In this document: one piece after another, positions 8,904 to 18,755 of the stretch
How the letters are laid out: each line of letters begins with the position of its first letter
Numbering within the stretch: position 1 is the first letter of the stretch
Virus record (IMG/VR): IMGVR_UViG_3300025669_000021
Span: 1 to 64,000 of that record
Length of the DNA: 64,000 bases
Reading direction: 5' to 3' (one strand)
Origin: a virus
Program-made: the position numbers and the translations under genes
The notes under the pieces: model-generated
Database searches by the model: none
The model's input: only the letters and a program-made list of their open reading frames with translations
Told to the model about the DNA's origin: nothing

Positions 8904-10338
8904 AGAACCTTTCTTTGCCTCGCTCCTGTTGAAGATGGAGATCGTGGAGGAGGAGAGGGTGGGAACCTTTGGCACGAATGGGTCGAAGGTCTTTTATAGC
9001 CCTTCCTTTGTCGAGACACTGACACCGGGCAATGTCAGAGTGATTCTGACGCATGAAGCCATGCACGTTGGGCTAGGTCATCATCTGCGCTCTACAGAGT
9101 TGTCGGTGTTGGATCTCGGAGTGGTGAAGGCTGTGAAGGAAGGGAAGAGTCGCCAGAAAGAGATGTGGAATATTGCAGGAGACATGGCAATCAACTCGCA
9201 TCTCGATTCGGACAAGGATTGCCCAGAGGAAGGGACATTCGCAGGGAAGGGTGAATGGGCCGATTACGAAAAAGGAAAGAATGCGGAGACATACTATGCC
9301 AGGATCAAAAAAGAAGATGATAAATGCAATAGGTCTGGAAGTGATGGCGGTGATCGAGATCAAGGGCCATCACAAGATGGTCAGATTCAGAAGGCACAAG
9401 GGGATCAAGGATCTGATAGCGATGGTTCGCCCTCTGATAACAATCGGGGCAATGAGGCAGTCGGAGAAAATGGAAAAGGGGGGAGTGATAGTACGAATGG
9501 CGGGAATGATGGAGATCACGGACGATCCCCTAGTGATGGCGATCAGGGAGGCAGTACCGGACAAGCTCAAAGCGATGGAAAAGATGGAAGTGGAATGGAC
9601 GGAATATCCAATCGAGATCCCGATAAGATAGACCGTGGACAGACCACACCATTCGGAACAGTGATGGCGCCGGAAGATCAGAGTGAAGAGGGAAGGCAAG
9701 AGGCAGAAAAGAATTGGGAGCAGATGGTGGCAGGTGCGATGGTGGAAGCCAAGGGTGCAGGAAAGATGCCCGGATGGATGGAAGAAGCGATTACAGAGAA
9801 GCTCAAGGTGGCACAAGTGCCATGGGAGCAAGCGTTGAGGCCGATGCTCACATCGTTTGCCCGTGGTGGTTTCAGCTACCGAAGGCCAAGCCGTCGATTC
9901 TCGTACTTGAAGGGAGTGATCATGCCTTCCAATCTGCAACGCACATTGGAGTCGGCACTATTCGCCACCGATACCTCTGGGAGTATGTCTCAGGACGAAT
10001 GCAACCTAGTATTGAAGGAGATGGAAAAGGTGATCATGGAGTTCCCATCCTCTCTGCTAGATGTCGTGATGTTCGATACAGAGATACGAGAGGAAAGCAA
10101 ATTCCAGATGAAGGATTGCCCAATCAAGATTAACGATTGGACATGGAAGGGAAGAGGGGGAACGAAGTTCAAGCCCATCATCGACAAGATCAGGAGAGAG
10201 CGACCAGTGGTGTCGGTGATCCTAACCGATGGCGGGCATTGTGATGGATGGCAAGAAGATCCGGGCAGTCCTGTGATCTGGCTAGTGACAGAAGATGTGG
10301 TGGCCCCGTATGGTCGGACAATCAGGATGAAAGTCTGA
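8845..10338 (+). CDS. DUF2201-type metallopeptidase + vWA protein
   Basis: HEAMH zincin motif, WNIAGDMAIN, G/D/S-rich linker, MIDAS DTSGSM, GRGGTKF, LTDG. Confidence 0.9.
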   Translation: MKKLTPELKIKKALIALMREEPFFASLLLKMEIVEEERVGTFGTNGSKVFYSPSFVETLTPGNVRVILTHEAMHVGLGHHLRSTELSVLDLGVVKAVKEGKSRQKEMWNIAGDMAINSHLDSDKDCPEEGTFAGKGEWADYEKGKNAETYYARIKKEDDKCNRSGSDGGDRDQGPSQDGQIQKAQGDQGSDSDGSPSDNNRGNEAVGENGKGGSDSTNGGNDGDHGRSPSDGDQGGSTGQAQSDGKDGSGMDGISNRDPDKIDRGQTTPFGTVMAPEDQSEEGRQEAEKNWEQMVAGAMVEAKGAGKMPGWMEEAITEKLKVAQVPWEQALRPMLTSFARGGFSYRRPSRRFSYLKGVIMPSNLQRTLESALFATDTSGSMSQDECNLVLKEMEKVIMEFPSSLLDVVMFDTEIREESKFQMKDCPIKINDWTWKGRGGTKFKPIIDKIRRERPVVSVILTDGGHCDGWQEDPGSPVIWLVTEDVVAPYGRTIRMKV

Positions 10339-10808
10339 TGCCATCGATACGAAGGAAATATGGATTTTCTGATGAGGAATACAAGGCGGCTCAGAAGTCC
10401 ATTGTACGGTATTGGGGGCAAGGCGGGATTGGGCAGATCGATTATGCCCATCCCGCTAAACCTGGGAGTGGTCCGAAGGGTGCCTTCTGCAAAGAATGTA
10501 AACACAGGAGACACCGAAATGGAGAAAAGGTCTATAAGAAATGCCAGTTATTGATGATGGCCATCGCGAATAATCGGGAGAACCAAATCAAGATATTGAG
10601 GAAGGGAGATCAAGCGTGCGAACTCTTCCAAGATTGGGGAACCGACCCATTGAAGTTGGCGATCAAATCGGCGGAGAGAGCAAGGAGGAATGAGAAGGAG
10701 AAGGAGAAGGAAGATGCCGCCACCCAGAGGAAGTTGGGGAACATCAACGATCTGTCATGGGATTGCTCCCGCCAGCCGAATGATCGGAAACACAAAAGGC
10801 TGATCTAG
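10338..10808 (+). CDS. Small Cys-rich protein, paralog 3
   Basis: TGATG overlap; PKGAFCKEC...ACELFQDWGTDPLKLAIKSAER. Confidence 0.72.
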   Translation: MPSIRRKYGFSDEEYKAAQKSIVRYWGQGGIGQIDYAHPAKPGSGPKGAFCKECKHRRHRNGEKVYKKCQLLMMAIANNRENQIKILRKGDQACELFQDWGTDPLKLAIKSAERARRNEKEKEKEDAATQRKLGNINDLSWDCSRQPNDRKHKRLI

Positions 10809-10827
10809 GGATATTGAGAGGAGAAGT

Positions 10828-11097
10828 ATGACGAGTTTTTATCTAACCAAGAAGCAGTTGATCGAGATGGATACCATGGGAGAAATCGGTGCGGCAGAAA
10901 GGGATGAGTTGAGGGAGGGGAAGAAATACATCGTCCAGAATCAGAAGGCCGAAGATGATGGGACGGTGACATTGCTTGTGGCCTTGTCGGGGACAAAGCA
11001 GGTGAAGGTGTCAGTGGGGCCGGAAGAGTTCCGCAAGATAGGAACCACAGAGGATGGCCTAGAGATGCCAGATGGCCGTATATGGGGTGAGAGCTAA
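10828..11097 (+). CDS. Hypothetical protein
   Basis: RBS GAGGAG, operon context. Confidence 0.65.
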   Translation: MTSFYLTKKQLIEMDTMGEIGAAERDELREGKKYIVQNQKAEDDGTVTLLVALSGTKQVKVSVGPEEFRKIGTTEDGLEMPDGRIWGES

Positions 11098-11719
11098 GAG
11101 GGAGGGTGAAAGGGTGAACGAAAATAGGAAACAGCTTCTCGCCGTAATGGTGGGGCTAGAGCGCGGATGTGTGGCGGGGATGTTGGATGCCGGGAAGATG
11201 GTGGAAGATGAATTCCTGAAAAAGAGTGAATGGGTGGGAGAGAGAGGGCAAATCCAGAATGCAGCATCGAGGGCTGCGGGATTCGTATTTGAGAACACGG
11301 GGATCAGCAAACAAAATGCGTGGTACTACCATGCTCTGCTTGCCCACCAGAAGATCATCGAGAGCGACAAGAATAGGATCAGGGCGAATCCGAATGTCAC
11401 AATGGCTTGGATGAATTGGATCATCTTCCGAGAGGAACCTGCAATCCATTCGATCTGTAAGGAGATCACCCGGACTACTCCACGGCAAGAGTTTGAAGTG
11501 ATAAGGTCGGGCAAAAAGAAGAGCGGGCAAGTCAACAATGCAGGTGGAAGAGGAAAGGATGTCAACAAGACCCCGCCAGAGTTGCCAGAGAAGTGGGATG
11601 TCGAGCATATGCACGATTATTTTCTAGGGCTGTTAAGTGCAAGCGAAAGGATGTTCGGGACAGGGCCAGATAAGATTGCAGATGGATTCGATAGTGCGAG
11701 AAAACGGTTCAACGTATGA
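11072..11719 (+). CDS. Hypothetical protein
   Basis: Long ORF in operon; start uncertain. Confidence 0.6.
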   Translation: MAVYGVRAKREGERVNENRKQLLAVMVGLERGCVAGMLDAGKMVEDEFLKKSEWVGERGQIQNAASRAAGFVFENTGISKQNAWYYHALLAHQKIIESDKNRIRANPNVTMAWMNWIIFREEPAIHSICKEITRTTPRQEFEVIRSGKKKSGQVNNAGGRGKDVNKTPPELPEKWDVEHMHDYFLGLLSASERMFGTGPDKIADGFDSARKRFNV

Positions 11720-11728
11720 AGGAGAGAC

Positions 11729-11938
11729 ATGAGCGAAATTGAAGACTTGAAGAAGCAGGTGCAGAAGTATCGGATCGCATTGATCAGGGAGAAAGCCAAG
11801 AAGGAAATAGTGGAGGGAGTAAACAGATTGTACCAAGTGGCAATTGCCGAGTGCCATCTGAAACATGGTTTTGATATGGGAGAATTAAAGAAGAAGATCG
11901 AGCAGTACCATGCTCGGCATAATGTGAAAGGTGGATGA
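11729..11938 (+). CDS. Hypothetical protein
   Basis: RBS AAGGAG. Confidence 0.65.
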   Translation: MSEIEDLKKQVQKYRIALIREKAKKEIVEGVNRLYQVAIAECHLKHGFDMGELKKKIEQYHARHNVKGG

Positions 11939-12113
11939 AGTGAAGCGAACAGTGTCAGTGATGGAGAGGCTGAATTGTACCATCAGGCCGGAAGCCAGGA
12001 AGATGGCAATCGAGATAGCAAAGGCGAAGCACGAAGGGAACATCAGCGAAGCCATTGAAGAGATGATCCGAGACAAGCACAAGAAACTCAAGAAGGAGAA
12101 GGTGAAGAGATGA
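11931..12113 (+). CDS. Ribbon-helix-helix-like DNA-binding protein
   Basis: RLNCTI..EARKMAIEIAK...NISEAIEEMI pattern. Confidence 0.5.
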   Translation: MDEVKRTVSVMERLNCTIRPEARKMAIEIAKAKHEGNISEAIEEMIRDKHKKLKKEKVKR

Positions 12114-13018
12114 CCAGCGAAAACGAAACGAAAGAAGTCACCAAGACAGATAGTGGCACATCGCAGATCGTAATGATGGAGGAGCAGCTTTTACAGAGGA
12201 TCGAAGCTGTCGATCGCATGACGAAACTGATCAACACAAGAACAGACCCCAGGACAGATCTAAACATTGTGCAAGGTCAGCCATGCAGGAATGGGAATCT
12301 GGCAAAGAAGCTATATCGAATGTTCGGCGGGACATTTGCTTACATCAAAGACAATGAAGGCATCCCCATCGTGAGGCGAATTGATCAGGAAGATGGTCAT
12401 GGGAAATATTATTACTACGAAGCCTATGGTCGGTACACGCCTCCATTTGGCTATGGTGATGCAGTCGAGGCATCGGGGATGTTCTCTTCCAGAGATTCTT
12501 TCTTTGGCAAGGATCAAGATGGGTGGAAGCCATTGGATGAAGTGAATGAACAGGATGTCAGGCAAGCTGCTCAGACAGAGTGTTTCAAGAAATGCGTATT
12601 CACAGCCTGTGGCCTTGGTCGTCTAACCTTAGAGGAGTGTGAAGAGGCCGGGATGGATATGACCAAGTGCGAAGGATATCAGGGAAGGTCAAATGCCGGG
12701 AGCAAGGGCGGAAGCACGGACACGGAAGAGGATGGAGATGTGAGGGCAGAGATTGAGAAGATGTGCCGAGAGATGTTTGCCAATGGATTGAAGCATCCAG
12801 AGACAGGCAAGCCATTCAACTCTATCGATGATCTGTTGAAGGTGATCACGACGACAGAGACATGGAGGGGATGGGATAGCATCGCCCGGATCTCTGCAAA
12901 GGGATTGGGAATCACGTTGAAGGGAGTGCTCGCGGTTTATACCGAATGGCAGAAGAGTGCAGGGATCGATGATGACAATGTTCCTCTCGGTGAAGGGCCA
13001 GAAGGAGATGGCAAATGA
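12110..13018 (+). CDS. Putative single-strand annealing / recombination protein
   Basis: EASGMFSSRD...AAQTECFKKC...GL resembles Rad52/ERF-fold core; directly upstream of exonuclease. Confidence 0.5.
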   Translation: MTSENETKEVTKTDSGTSQIVMMEEQLLQRIEAVDRMTKLINTRTDPRTDLNIVQGQPCRNGNLAKKLYRMFGGTFAYIKDNEGIPIVRRIDQEDGHGKYYYYEAYGRYTPPFGYGDAVEASGMFSSRDSFFGKDQDGWKPLDEVNEQDVRQAAQTECFKKCVFTACGLGRLTLEECEEAGMDMTKCEGYQGRSNAGSKGGSTDTEEDGDVRAEIEKMCREMFANGLKHPETGKPFNSIDDLLKVITTTETWRGWDSIARISAKGLGITLKGVLAVYTEWQKSAGIDDDNVPLGEGPEGDGK

Positions 13019-14049
13019 TCCTGAAAGAAATCATCGAGGGTGCAATAGATCAGCACTTCCAGAGGCGGGTGGAGAATGTCTACCCGGTCAATAACACATG
13101 GGCATCAGAGATCGGGCATCCGTGTGCCCGTTTCCTGGTCTATCGGCAGACGGAGTGGAGGATACAAAAGAAGTTTGAATCGTACCATGGGGCATTGTTC
13201 GATCTGGGGAATCTGCATGGCAAGCGAGCCCTCCGGGTTTTGGAGGATGCCTTAGATGGATCTCCTGCAACACGGCACATAGAAGTGCAGCAAGCGGAAG
13301 TGTCATTGCCGGAGAATGAATATGGGATCACCGGGAGACTCGATTGCGTATTGAAGATCGGGAGAGTCGGGAAGCGATCACTATATGTGCCGGGAGAGGT
13401 CAAAGGATTGGCCGATGCCAATTATAGGAAGATAAACTGCGAGGATGACATGCGGAATGCGACTGCCGTATATCTGAGGAAGTACCCCGGACAGTTGCAG
13501 ATCTATATGAGGCTAACCGAGACAGAGCATGGAGTTTTCATTCTGTGCAGTAAGCAATCGGGGGGATTCAAGCTCATCGATATCAGGCACGACAAAGCCT
13601 ATACCGATGCATTGATCGCCAAGGCCGTGGTCGTGAAGTCAGCAGCCAGGAAGTATAAAGCATCAAGGTCTGATACCGGGAGGGAGAAGGCATTGCCCAA
13701 GCGATTGGATTGGACATCAACCGTCTGCGGAACGTGTGGCTTCTTGGGGGTCTGTATCCCCGACATGGCACAGCTAAGTGGTGTCGAGAATCTGCTAGGC
13801 GACAATGAGATGGAAGCTCTGTGCAAGGAGTATTCGGAAGTGAAGGAACAGGCAGCAGCCTACCGATCAGCAGATCAGAAATTGAAGAAGCACATGAAGG
13901 TGATCTGTGAAGGTATGGAAGTCGGGGATATGAAGACGATCATGCTCCCAGGTCATAATGTGGAAGTGAAGATTGGGGAACAGGTGATGCCGGAGATGAA
14001 GGCCCGGAGATCAGTCTATCCTCGGATCACGAAAGTGGAGAAGGTGTGA
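13015..14049 (+). CDS. Cas4-like PD-(D/E)XK exonuclease
   Basis: ASEIGHPCAR, GRLDC, EVKG, QLQIYM, C-terminal CGTCGFLGVC (four-Cys pattern). Confidence 0.82.
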   Translation: MILKEIIEGAIDQHFQRRVENVYPVNNTWASEIGHPCARFLVYRQTEWRIQKKFESYHGALFDLGNLHGKRALRVLEDALDGSPATRHIEVQQAEVSLPENEYGITGRLDCVLKIGRVGKRSLYVPGEVKGLADANYRKINCEDDMRNATAVYLRKYPGQLQIYMRLTETEHGVFILCSKQSGGFKLIDIRHDKAYTDALIAKAVVVKSAARKYKASRSDTGREKALPKRLDWTSTVCGTCGFLGVCIPDMAQLSGVENLLGDNEMEALCKEYSEVKEQAAAYRSADQKLKKHMKVICEGMEVGDMKTIMLPGHNVEVKIGEQVMPEMKARRSVYPRITKVEKV

Positions 14050-14050
14050 A

Positions 14051-14641
14051 ATGGCGAAGGATAGACCGTGGATGAAGTTTGAATGCCTCACATGGCTAAG
14101 TGATCCACATCTATCATGTTGTTCTCCCACGGATCGGGGAGTGCTGATTGACCTAATGAGCCTTGCACATTTCGGTGAACCTTACGGATACATCTCCAAT
14201 GGTGGGCAACCACTCGGAGATCTGGAAATACAGAGGACGCGGCACTATCCATATCAGCTATGGAGAAAGAGTCGGGACAATCTGTTGAAGGCAAACCGGA
14301 TCGCACAGGACGAAGACACAGGAGCATACTACATTCCCAGGATGGTGGAAGATGCAAAGAAGTCTGCATTGAACTCTGTCCACGGGATGTGGGGTGGCAA
14401 CCAGAAGTTGGGGGGGGGAGGGAATAGGCCCCAACCCAAAGCGGAGCCAAGTGCTTGTGTGATGTTCAAAGAGTATGCGGATACGATCTGGCTGTGTGAA
14501 ACACGGAAGCAGCCGGAGAAGGTCGCCAAGCTCTATGCGAAAGTGCAGAAGGTGTTAGGGAAGGAACAGCATGACGAGATGAAGGAACTCATCGAGGGAT
14601 GGAAGAAAGATCCCAAGTCCAAGAATACCAGGAAACAATGA
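14051..14641 (+). CDS. Putative replication initiator / replisome organiser
   Basis: PWMKF...WLSDPHL...RGVLIDLM...PYGY...YIPRMV, typical N-terminal domain. Confidence 0.65.
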   Translation: MAKDRPWMKFECLTWLSDPHLSCCSPTDRGVLIDLMSLAHFGEPYGYISNGGQPLGDLEIQRTRHYPYQLWRKSRDNLLKANRIAQDEDTGAYYIPRMVEDAKKSALNSVHGMWGGNQKLGGGGNRPQPKAEPSACVMFKEYADTIWLCETRKQPEKVAKLYAKVQKVLGKEQHDEMKELIEGWKKDPKSKNTRKQ

Positions 14642-14651
14642 AAGTAGGTGC

Positions 14652-15038
14652 GTGATGTCGGAAGAGACACAATATGAACTATATGAGAAAACCATCGCCC
14701 AGAAATTTGAGGATTGGGTGCATACAGAAGGGGGGGGATGGGTGGCGAATTGTTGTATTCGCTATGCTCTGAGATTTCAGAGGGAGCAAAAGAATCGGAG
14801 CATCCGTCTCATATGGGAAATGACACGGGCGGATCTGGTGGATCTGATCCAAGAGAAAGCAATGGAAGGTGTGAAGGTCGGAAGAGTGCATGGCTATGCA
14901 ATGTTAAATGCCTTCACTCCTCACATGGCTCGATTCATCGAGAATAGAGTCCCATCGCTAGGTGGCTATTTCGTGAAGCATGAACTAGGACAGCAGAGAA
15001 AACGCAAGGCAGTAGTCGTGCCGATTAGGGAGAAGTAA
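14652..15038 (+). CDS. Hypothetical phage protein
   Basis: Operon context. Confidence 0.6.
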   Translation: MMSEETQYELYEKTIAQKFEDWVHTEGGGWVANCCIRYALRFQREQKNRSIRLIWEMTRADLVDLIQEKAMEGVKVGRVHGYAMLNAFTPHMARFIENRVPSLGGYFVKHELGQQRKRKAVVVPIREK

Positions 15039-15040
15039 AA

Positions 15041-15910
15041 ATGGACGAGCAACTATTTATGATGGGCATGGGTTTAAGCCTTGAAGAGAAAGAAGCGAAA
15101 GCCATTGCCAACTTCCAGAACTATGAGCCAGAGGCATTGAGGAGAGATCCTATCAATGGCTATTACCTCTGCGATAGCTATGGCAAGGATAGTGATACAA
15201 TATTGGACTTGGCTAAAAGGTCTGGGGTGAAGTTCTTGGCTCACCACAACCTAACAACGCTGGATGCGCCAGAGCTGATACATTTCGGGCGGAAGTTCCA
15301 TAAGGAAACTGTGGAGCATAAGCCGAAAGTGCCAATGCTTAAATTTATGGCCGAAGGTTATTATGGCCCACCTACGAGAATTGCTCGATGGTGCTGTGCT
15401 AAATACAAAGAATCGGCGGGCATGGAGATGGTGAAGGTGTTTGGTGTTCGGGCAGCAGAGTCGGCAAGAAGAAAGTCGAGATGGAAGATCTGGACTCCAT
15501 TCAACAAAAACAATGGAGCCGGGGAGCAGATTTCATGGGTGCTAAATCCAATCCTATTCTGGTCGGACGATGATATCTGGCAATACCACAAAAAGCATAA
15601 TGTGCCATATTGTTCTCTGTACGATGAAGGCTTCACCCGGTTGGGATGTATTGGATGCCCAATGGCTGATAAGCAAAGATATGAAGAGTTCGCAAGGTGG
15701 CCAAAATATGAGGCGGCATGGAAAAGAGCGATAACGCGGTTTTATGACAAATGGCATGGTGTGCCAAGGAATGATGGCAAGCCGCGGTGGTTTGATTGCC
15801 AAAGGTCTGATGGGTCATATATTACATCTGGCAACGATCTGTGGAAATGGTGGATGGAAGAGATGCCGACAGCCGAAGCGGAAGATGATTGCCAGATAGG
15901 GCTATTCTGA
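15041..15910 (+). CDS. PAPS-reductase-family protein
   Basis: SYGKDS PP-loop, RWCC..YKE, GVRAAESARR, RLGCIGCPM. Confidence 0.88.
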   Translation: MDEQLFMMGMGLSLEEKEAKAIANFQNYEPEALRRDPINGYYLCDSYGKDSDTILDLAKRSGVKFLAHHNLTTLDAPELIHFGRKFHKETVEHKPKVPMLKFMAEGYYGPPTRIARWCCAKYKESAGMEMVKVFGVRAAESARRKSRWKIWTPFNKNNGAGEQISWVLNPILFWSDDDIWQYHKKHNVPYCSLYDEGFTRLGCIGCPMADKQRYEEFARWPKYEAAWKRAITRFYDKWHGVPRNDGKPRWFDCQRSDGSYITSGNDLWKWWMEEMPTAEAEDDCQIGLF

Positions 15911-16314
15911 AAAAGAAAGATCAAGGAGAAGCGATAGCAATGAAGAAAATGAACAAAGAACGATTCAGACACAATGCAGTGTGTGGGCCGTGTGGGAAAC
16001 CGATCACATACATCAGTCTTGCAGAGAAGCCCCAGAGCGATCCGTGGTGTCCAGAATGTTTGGCATGGTACAAGAAGCAGAAAGAGGGCATGAGCAAGTG
16101 GCAATTCGGGGTGGAGTGGAAGGATGCATTTAAGATGCTAAGGCAACCTCTGAGGGGATGGGTGGCTTGTGTGGTGTGGTGGGACTTCTTGGCAGATGAT
16201 GTGACACTATTCGAACTGCTCCACTATTATCCCTATTCCCATTCGCATTCGATGGTGGATGCAGATCTAGCCCAGGGGTTACGGACAAGAGGCGAGGATG
16301 AATGCCCGATCTAA
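15889..16314 (+). CDS. Hypothetical Zn-finger protein
   Basis: CGPC...CPEC; likely start 15940. Confidence 0.55.
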   Translation: MPDRAILKKKDQGEAIAMKKMNKERFRHNAVCGPCGKPITYISLAEKPQSDPWCPECLAWYKKQKEGMSKWQFGVEWKDAFKMLRQPLRGWVACVVWWDFLADDVTLFELLHYYPYSHSHSMVDADLAQGLRTRGEDECPI

Positions 16315-16456
16315 GCTAGAGGCAGCGATGACTAATTTCATTCACTACAGTACGGAGGATGGAATGGACAAGTCTGATATTATAAGAGATATTTGTGACA
16401 TTATCTATGAGGCGTCACCGTTGGAGATTCTTCTTTTAAACGGCGAGATAGACTGA
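16298..16456 (+). CDS. Hypothetical 52-aa protein (not in ORF track)
   Basis: Manual translation MNARSKLEAAMTNFIHYSTEDGMDKSDIIRDICDIIYEASPLEILLLNGEID; ends at first array repeat. Confidence 0.55.
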   Translation: MNARSKLEAAMTNFIHYSTEDGMDKSDIIRDICDIIYEASPLEILLLNGEID

Positions 16457-16490
16457 TCGGATTGGTTCCGACAGATAAGGGGGTGAATCA

Positions 16491-16754
16491 GTGAACATCA
16501 AGCAACTGATTGTAGGAGAGATAGAACGACAAGGCATGGATGGTTTGTATTGTTCAGAGGGGCCATGTGGATGCCTAAAGGAAGATTTAGCACCTTGTGG
16601 GACAGAAGATTATTACGGCTGTTCCATTGGTAAGCGGATGGAATGGGCGGCAGACGAAAGCTGTGGTTGTGGCGCTTCGGGCATTGATCACTGGCATATC
16701 TGCGACCCCAATTACCCCAAACCGACAGATAAGGGGGTGAATACTCATGGCTAA
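16491..16754 (+). CDS. Cys-rich hypothetical cassette protein
   Basis: Repeat-supplied RBS; DGLYC...CGC..EDLAPC. Confidence 0.7.
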   Translation: MNIKQLIVGEIERQGMDGLYCSEGPCGCLKEDLAPCGTEDYYGCSIGKRMEWAADESCGCGASGIDHWHICDPNYPKPTDKGVNTHG

Positions 16755-17091
16755 AGCGGAGACATATAGCCCTTGTTGGGGATGTGAAAAATCAACCACT
16801 TCTTGCTGCTGTCCAGATCTTAAACAGTGGGTTGAGAAGAGAGACAATGAGGATGGACAAATGAAGTACGAATGGAAGCAACTCAGTCAATGGGATTGCC
16901 CAAAGCCAGAATATTACGTCGAGAGCAGGGAAGTCTCTACTGGGATGAGCAAGGCAACTTGTGTATTCCTGTTGGTCGAGTGCGTAGACCAAGGAAGGGG
17001 ATATATTAGAACCATCCCAATCACCAAGGCAGATGTGACAGGGAAGATGATTGATATTGCAAATACCGCAAACCGACAACAGGAGGGGTGA
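16747..17091 (+). CDS. Hypothetical cassette protein
   Basis: Flanked by repeats. Confidence 0.65.
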   Translation: MAKAETYSPCWGCEKSTTSCCCPDLKQWVEKRDNEDGQMKYEWKQLSQWDCPKPEYYVESREVSTGMSKATCVFLLVECVDQGRGYIRTIPITKADVTGKMIDIANTANRQQEG

Positions 17092-17295
17092 ATGATGTAC
17101 GATGATATATGCCGCAAGAAGGGGTGTGATCACTACATAGAGTGGGACTACTCCTTAGACTCGGAGACTCAGCCGTACCCCTGTGTGTCATGCAATCTCG
17201 TAGGCCAGTCACACCATATAGATATCATTCCTGATGCGTGTCCATTTATGGATGCGATCCGAGCGGTAACGACAGTAAACGCACTGAATAAATAG
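17092..17295 (+). CDS. Cys-rich hypothetical cassette protein
   Basis: Flanked by repeats. Confidence 0.65.
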   Translation: MMYDDICRKKGCDHYIEWDYSLDSETQPYPCVSCNLVGQSHHIDIIPDACPFMDAIRAVTTVNALNK

Positions 17296-17307
17296 AGGAG
17301 TTGAATA

Positions 17308-17538
17308 ATGGGATACGATGACAACCCAAGGATGGTAAGAGTTGATTTCTTCAAACCGTCAGGCAAGTGGTATAGCACGGAGGCCATAAAATGGCTTTCG
17401 TATGACGAGACTCAGATACACGATGCTTTCAGGGAAGCACTAAGGGCCGAACTTGGCGGGAGGTTGAGCGAGATGACGGCTGTATGCCTTCATCCATACC
17501 ATGTCAACGAACATCCGCTGATGATAAAAGAGTGGTAA
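17308..17538 (+). CDS. Hypothetical cassette protein
   Basis: MVRVDFFKPSGKWY...VCLHPYH; RBS GAGGAG. Confidence 0.7.
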   Translation: MGYDDNPRMVRVDFFKPSGKWYSTEAIKWLSYDETQIHDAFREALRAELGGRLSEMTAVCLHPYHVNEHPLMIKEW

Positions 17539-17560
17539 CGACAGGAGAGGGGGTGAATAA

Positions 17561-17728
17561 GTGAAGGTGAGATGCCCAAACGATGATGTATGCGGTGATG
17601 GTAAGGCGGGGGGATTCCATTGTGAACCACACGAACACACTGAGGAGTGCGATGTGAGCCATGGCGAGTTCGGGTTTTGCCCTCCTTGTGTAGTGATTCA
17701 GCCCAAACCGACAATAGGAGGTAAATAG
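17561..17728 (+). CDS. 55-aa Cys/His-rich cassette protein (not in ORF track)
   Basis: GTG start after repeat; MKVRCPNDDVCGDGKAGGFHCEPHEHTEECDVSHGEFGFCPPCVVIQPKPTIGGK. Confidence 0.65.
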   Translation: MKVRCPNDDVCGDGKAGGFHCEPHEHTEECDVSHGEFGFCPPCVVIQPKPTIGGK

Positions 17729-18478
17729 ATGAAAGCAATAACGGTAGCATGGTTTAGCGGAGGAACATCATCGGCAATCTCGACGAAGATGATGATTGAC
17801 GAAATAGACCATATCATATTTCAAGACATAGAAGATCACCACGAAGATACCATGCGCTTTGTGATGGACTGCCAAAAATGGTTTGGTAAGGAAATCGAGA
17901 TTCAGAAGTCACCTTACGGAAGCGTTAATAACGCCTGTAAAGGTGCCGCATTTGTGCGTGGCCCACACGGTGCGGCTTGCACTCGATTGTTAAAGATACG
18001 AGAACGCCAAATATGGGAAGCCCAAAACAGATTCTTTTGCAACTTTCGCTATATTTGGGGAATGGATGCGAATGAAACTACAAGAGCTGACAGAATTAGA
18101 TATGAGTCTATGCCAGATGAAGAACATATATTCCCCTTGCTGGAGAATGGTATCGACAAACCGGAAGCCCATGCGATTTTAGCCAGGGCAGGGATAAAGC
18201 GACACGCTATGTATGATATGGGATACCCAAACGCAAATTGTAGGGTATGCACAAAGGGCGGGATGGGATACATGAATAAATGCCGTGTAGATTTCCCTGA
18301 TTGGTTCTGGGCAAGGGCAAGAATGGAGAGAGAGGTCGGAGCGTCTTGCATCAACGGGGTATTCCTCGACGAGCTTGATCCCGATCGGGGCCGTGACTGC
18401 GAGATCATACTGCCAGAATGTGGAATGATGTGCGAGATCCTAGATTCACCCGCTAGTCCGACATTAGGAGGTAAATGA
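17729..18478 (+). CDS. PAPS-reductase-like / adenine-nucleotide alpha-hydrolase protein
   Basis: AWFSGGTSSA, CTRLLK, MYDMGYPNANCRVCTKGG. Confidence 0.8.
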   Translation: MKAITVAWFSGGTSSAISTKMMIDEIDHIIFQDIEDHHEDTMRFVMDCQKWFGKEIEIQKSPYGSVNNACKGAAFVRGPHGAACTRLLKIRERQIWEAQNRFFCNFRYIWGMDANETTRADRIRYESMPDEEHIFPLLENGIDKPEAHAILARAGIKRHAMYDMGYPNANCRVCTKGGMGYMNKCRVDFPDWFWARARMEREVGASCINGVFLDELDPDRGRDCEIILPECGMMCEILDSPASPTLGGK

Positions 18479-18479
18479 T

Positions 18480-18755
18480 ATGTCTTCAACAGACAAAATC
18501 AAAAAGCATCTTTTCGATATGACTGCGGAGGAATTAACAGAGTCCTTCAACCAGTACCTTAAAGAAATTGAAGACGCTTACGGTGACATACCGAAGGATA
18601 AAGATTGTGCCAAATGCCCACATTCAACTAACGGTCAGTGTTCGGGAATGGTGACGCCGTGTTTTGATATTTGTTCTGGCGATGCGTTTGGTGGAATGTG
18701 TGCTAGTGATTCACCCGCTAGTCCGACAGTAAAGAGTGAATCGAGGGAATTATGA
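18480..18755 (+). CDS. Cys-rich hypothetical cassette protein
   Basis: Flanked by identical 21-bp repeats. Confidence 0.65.
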   Translation: MSSTDKIKKHLFDMTAEELTESFNQYLKEIEDAYGDIPKDKDCAKCPHSTNGQCSGMVTPCFDICSGDAFGGMCASDSPASPTVKSESREL

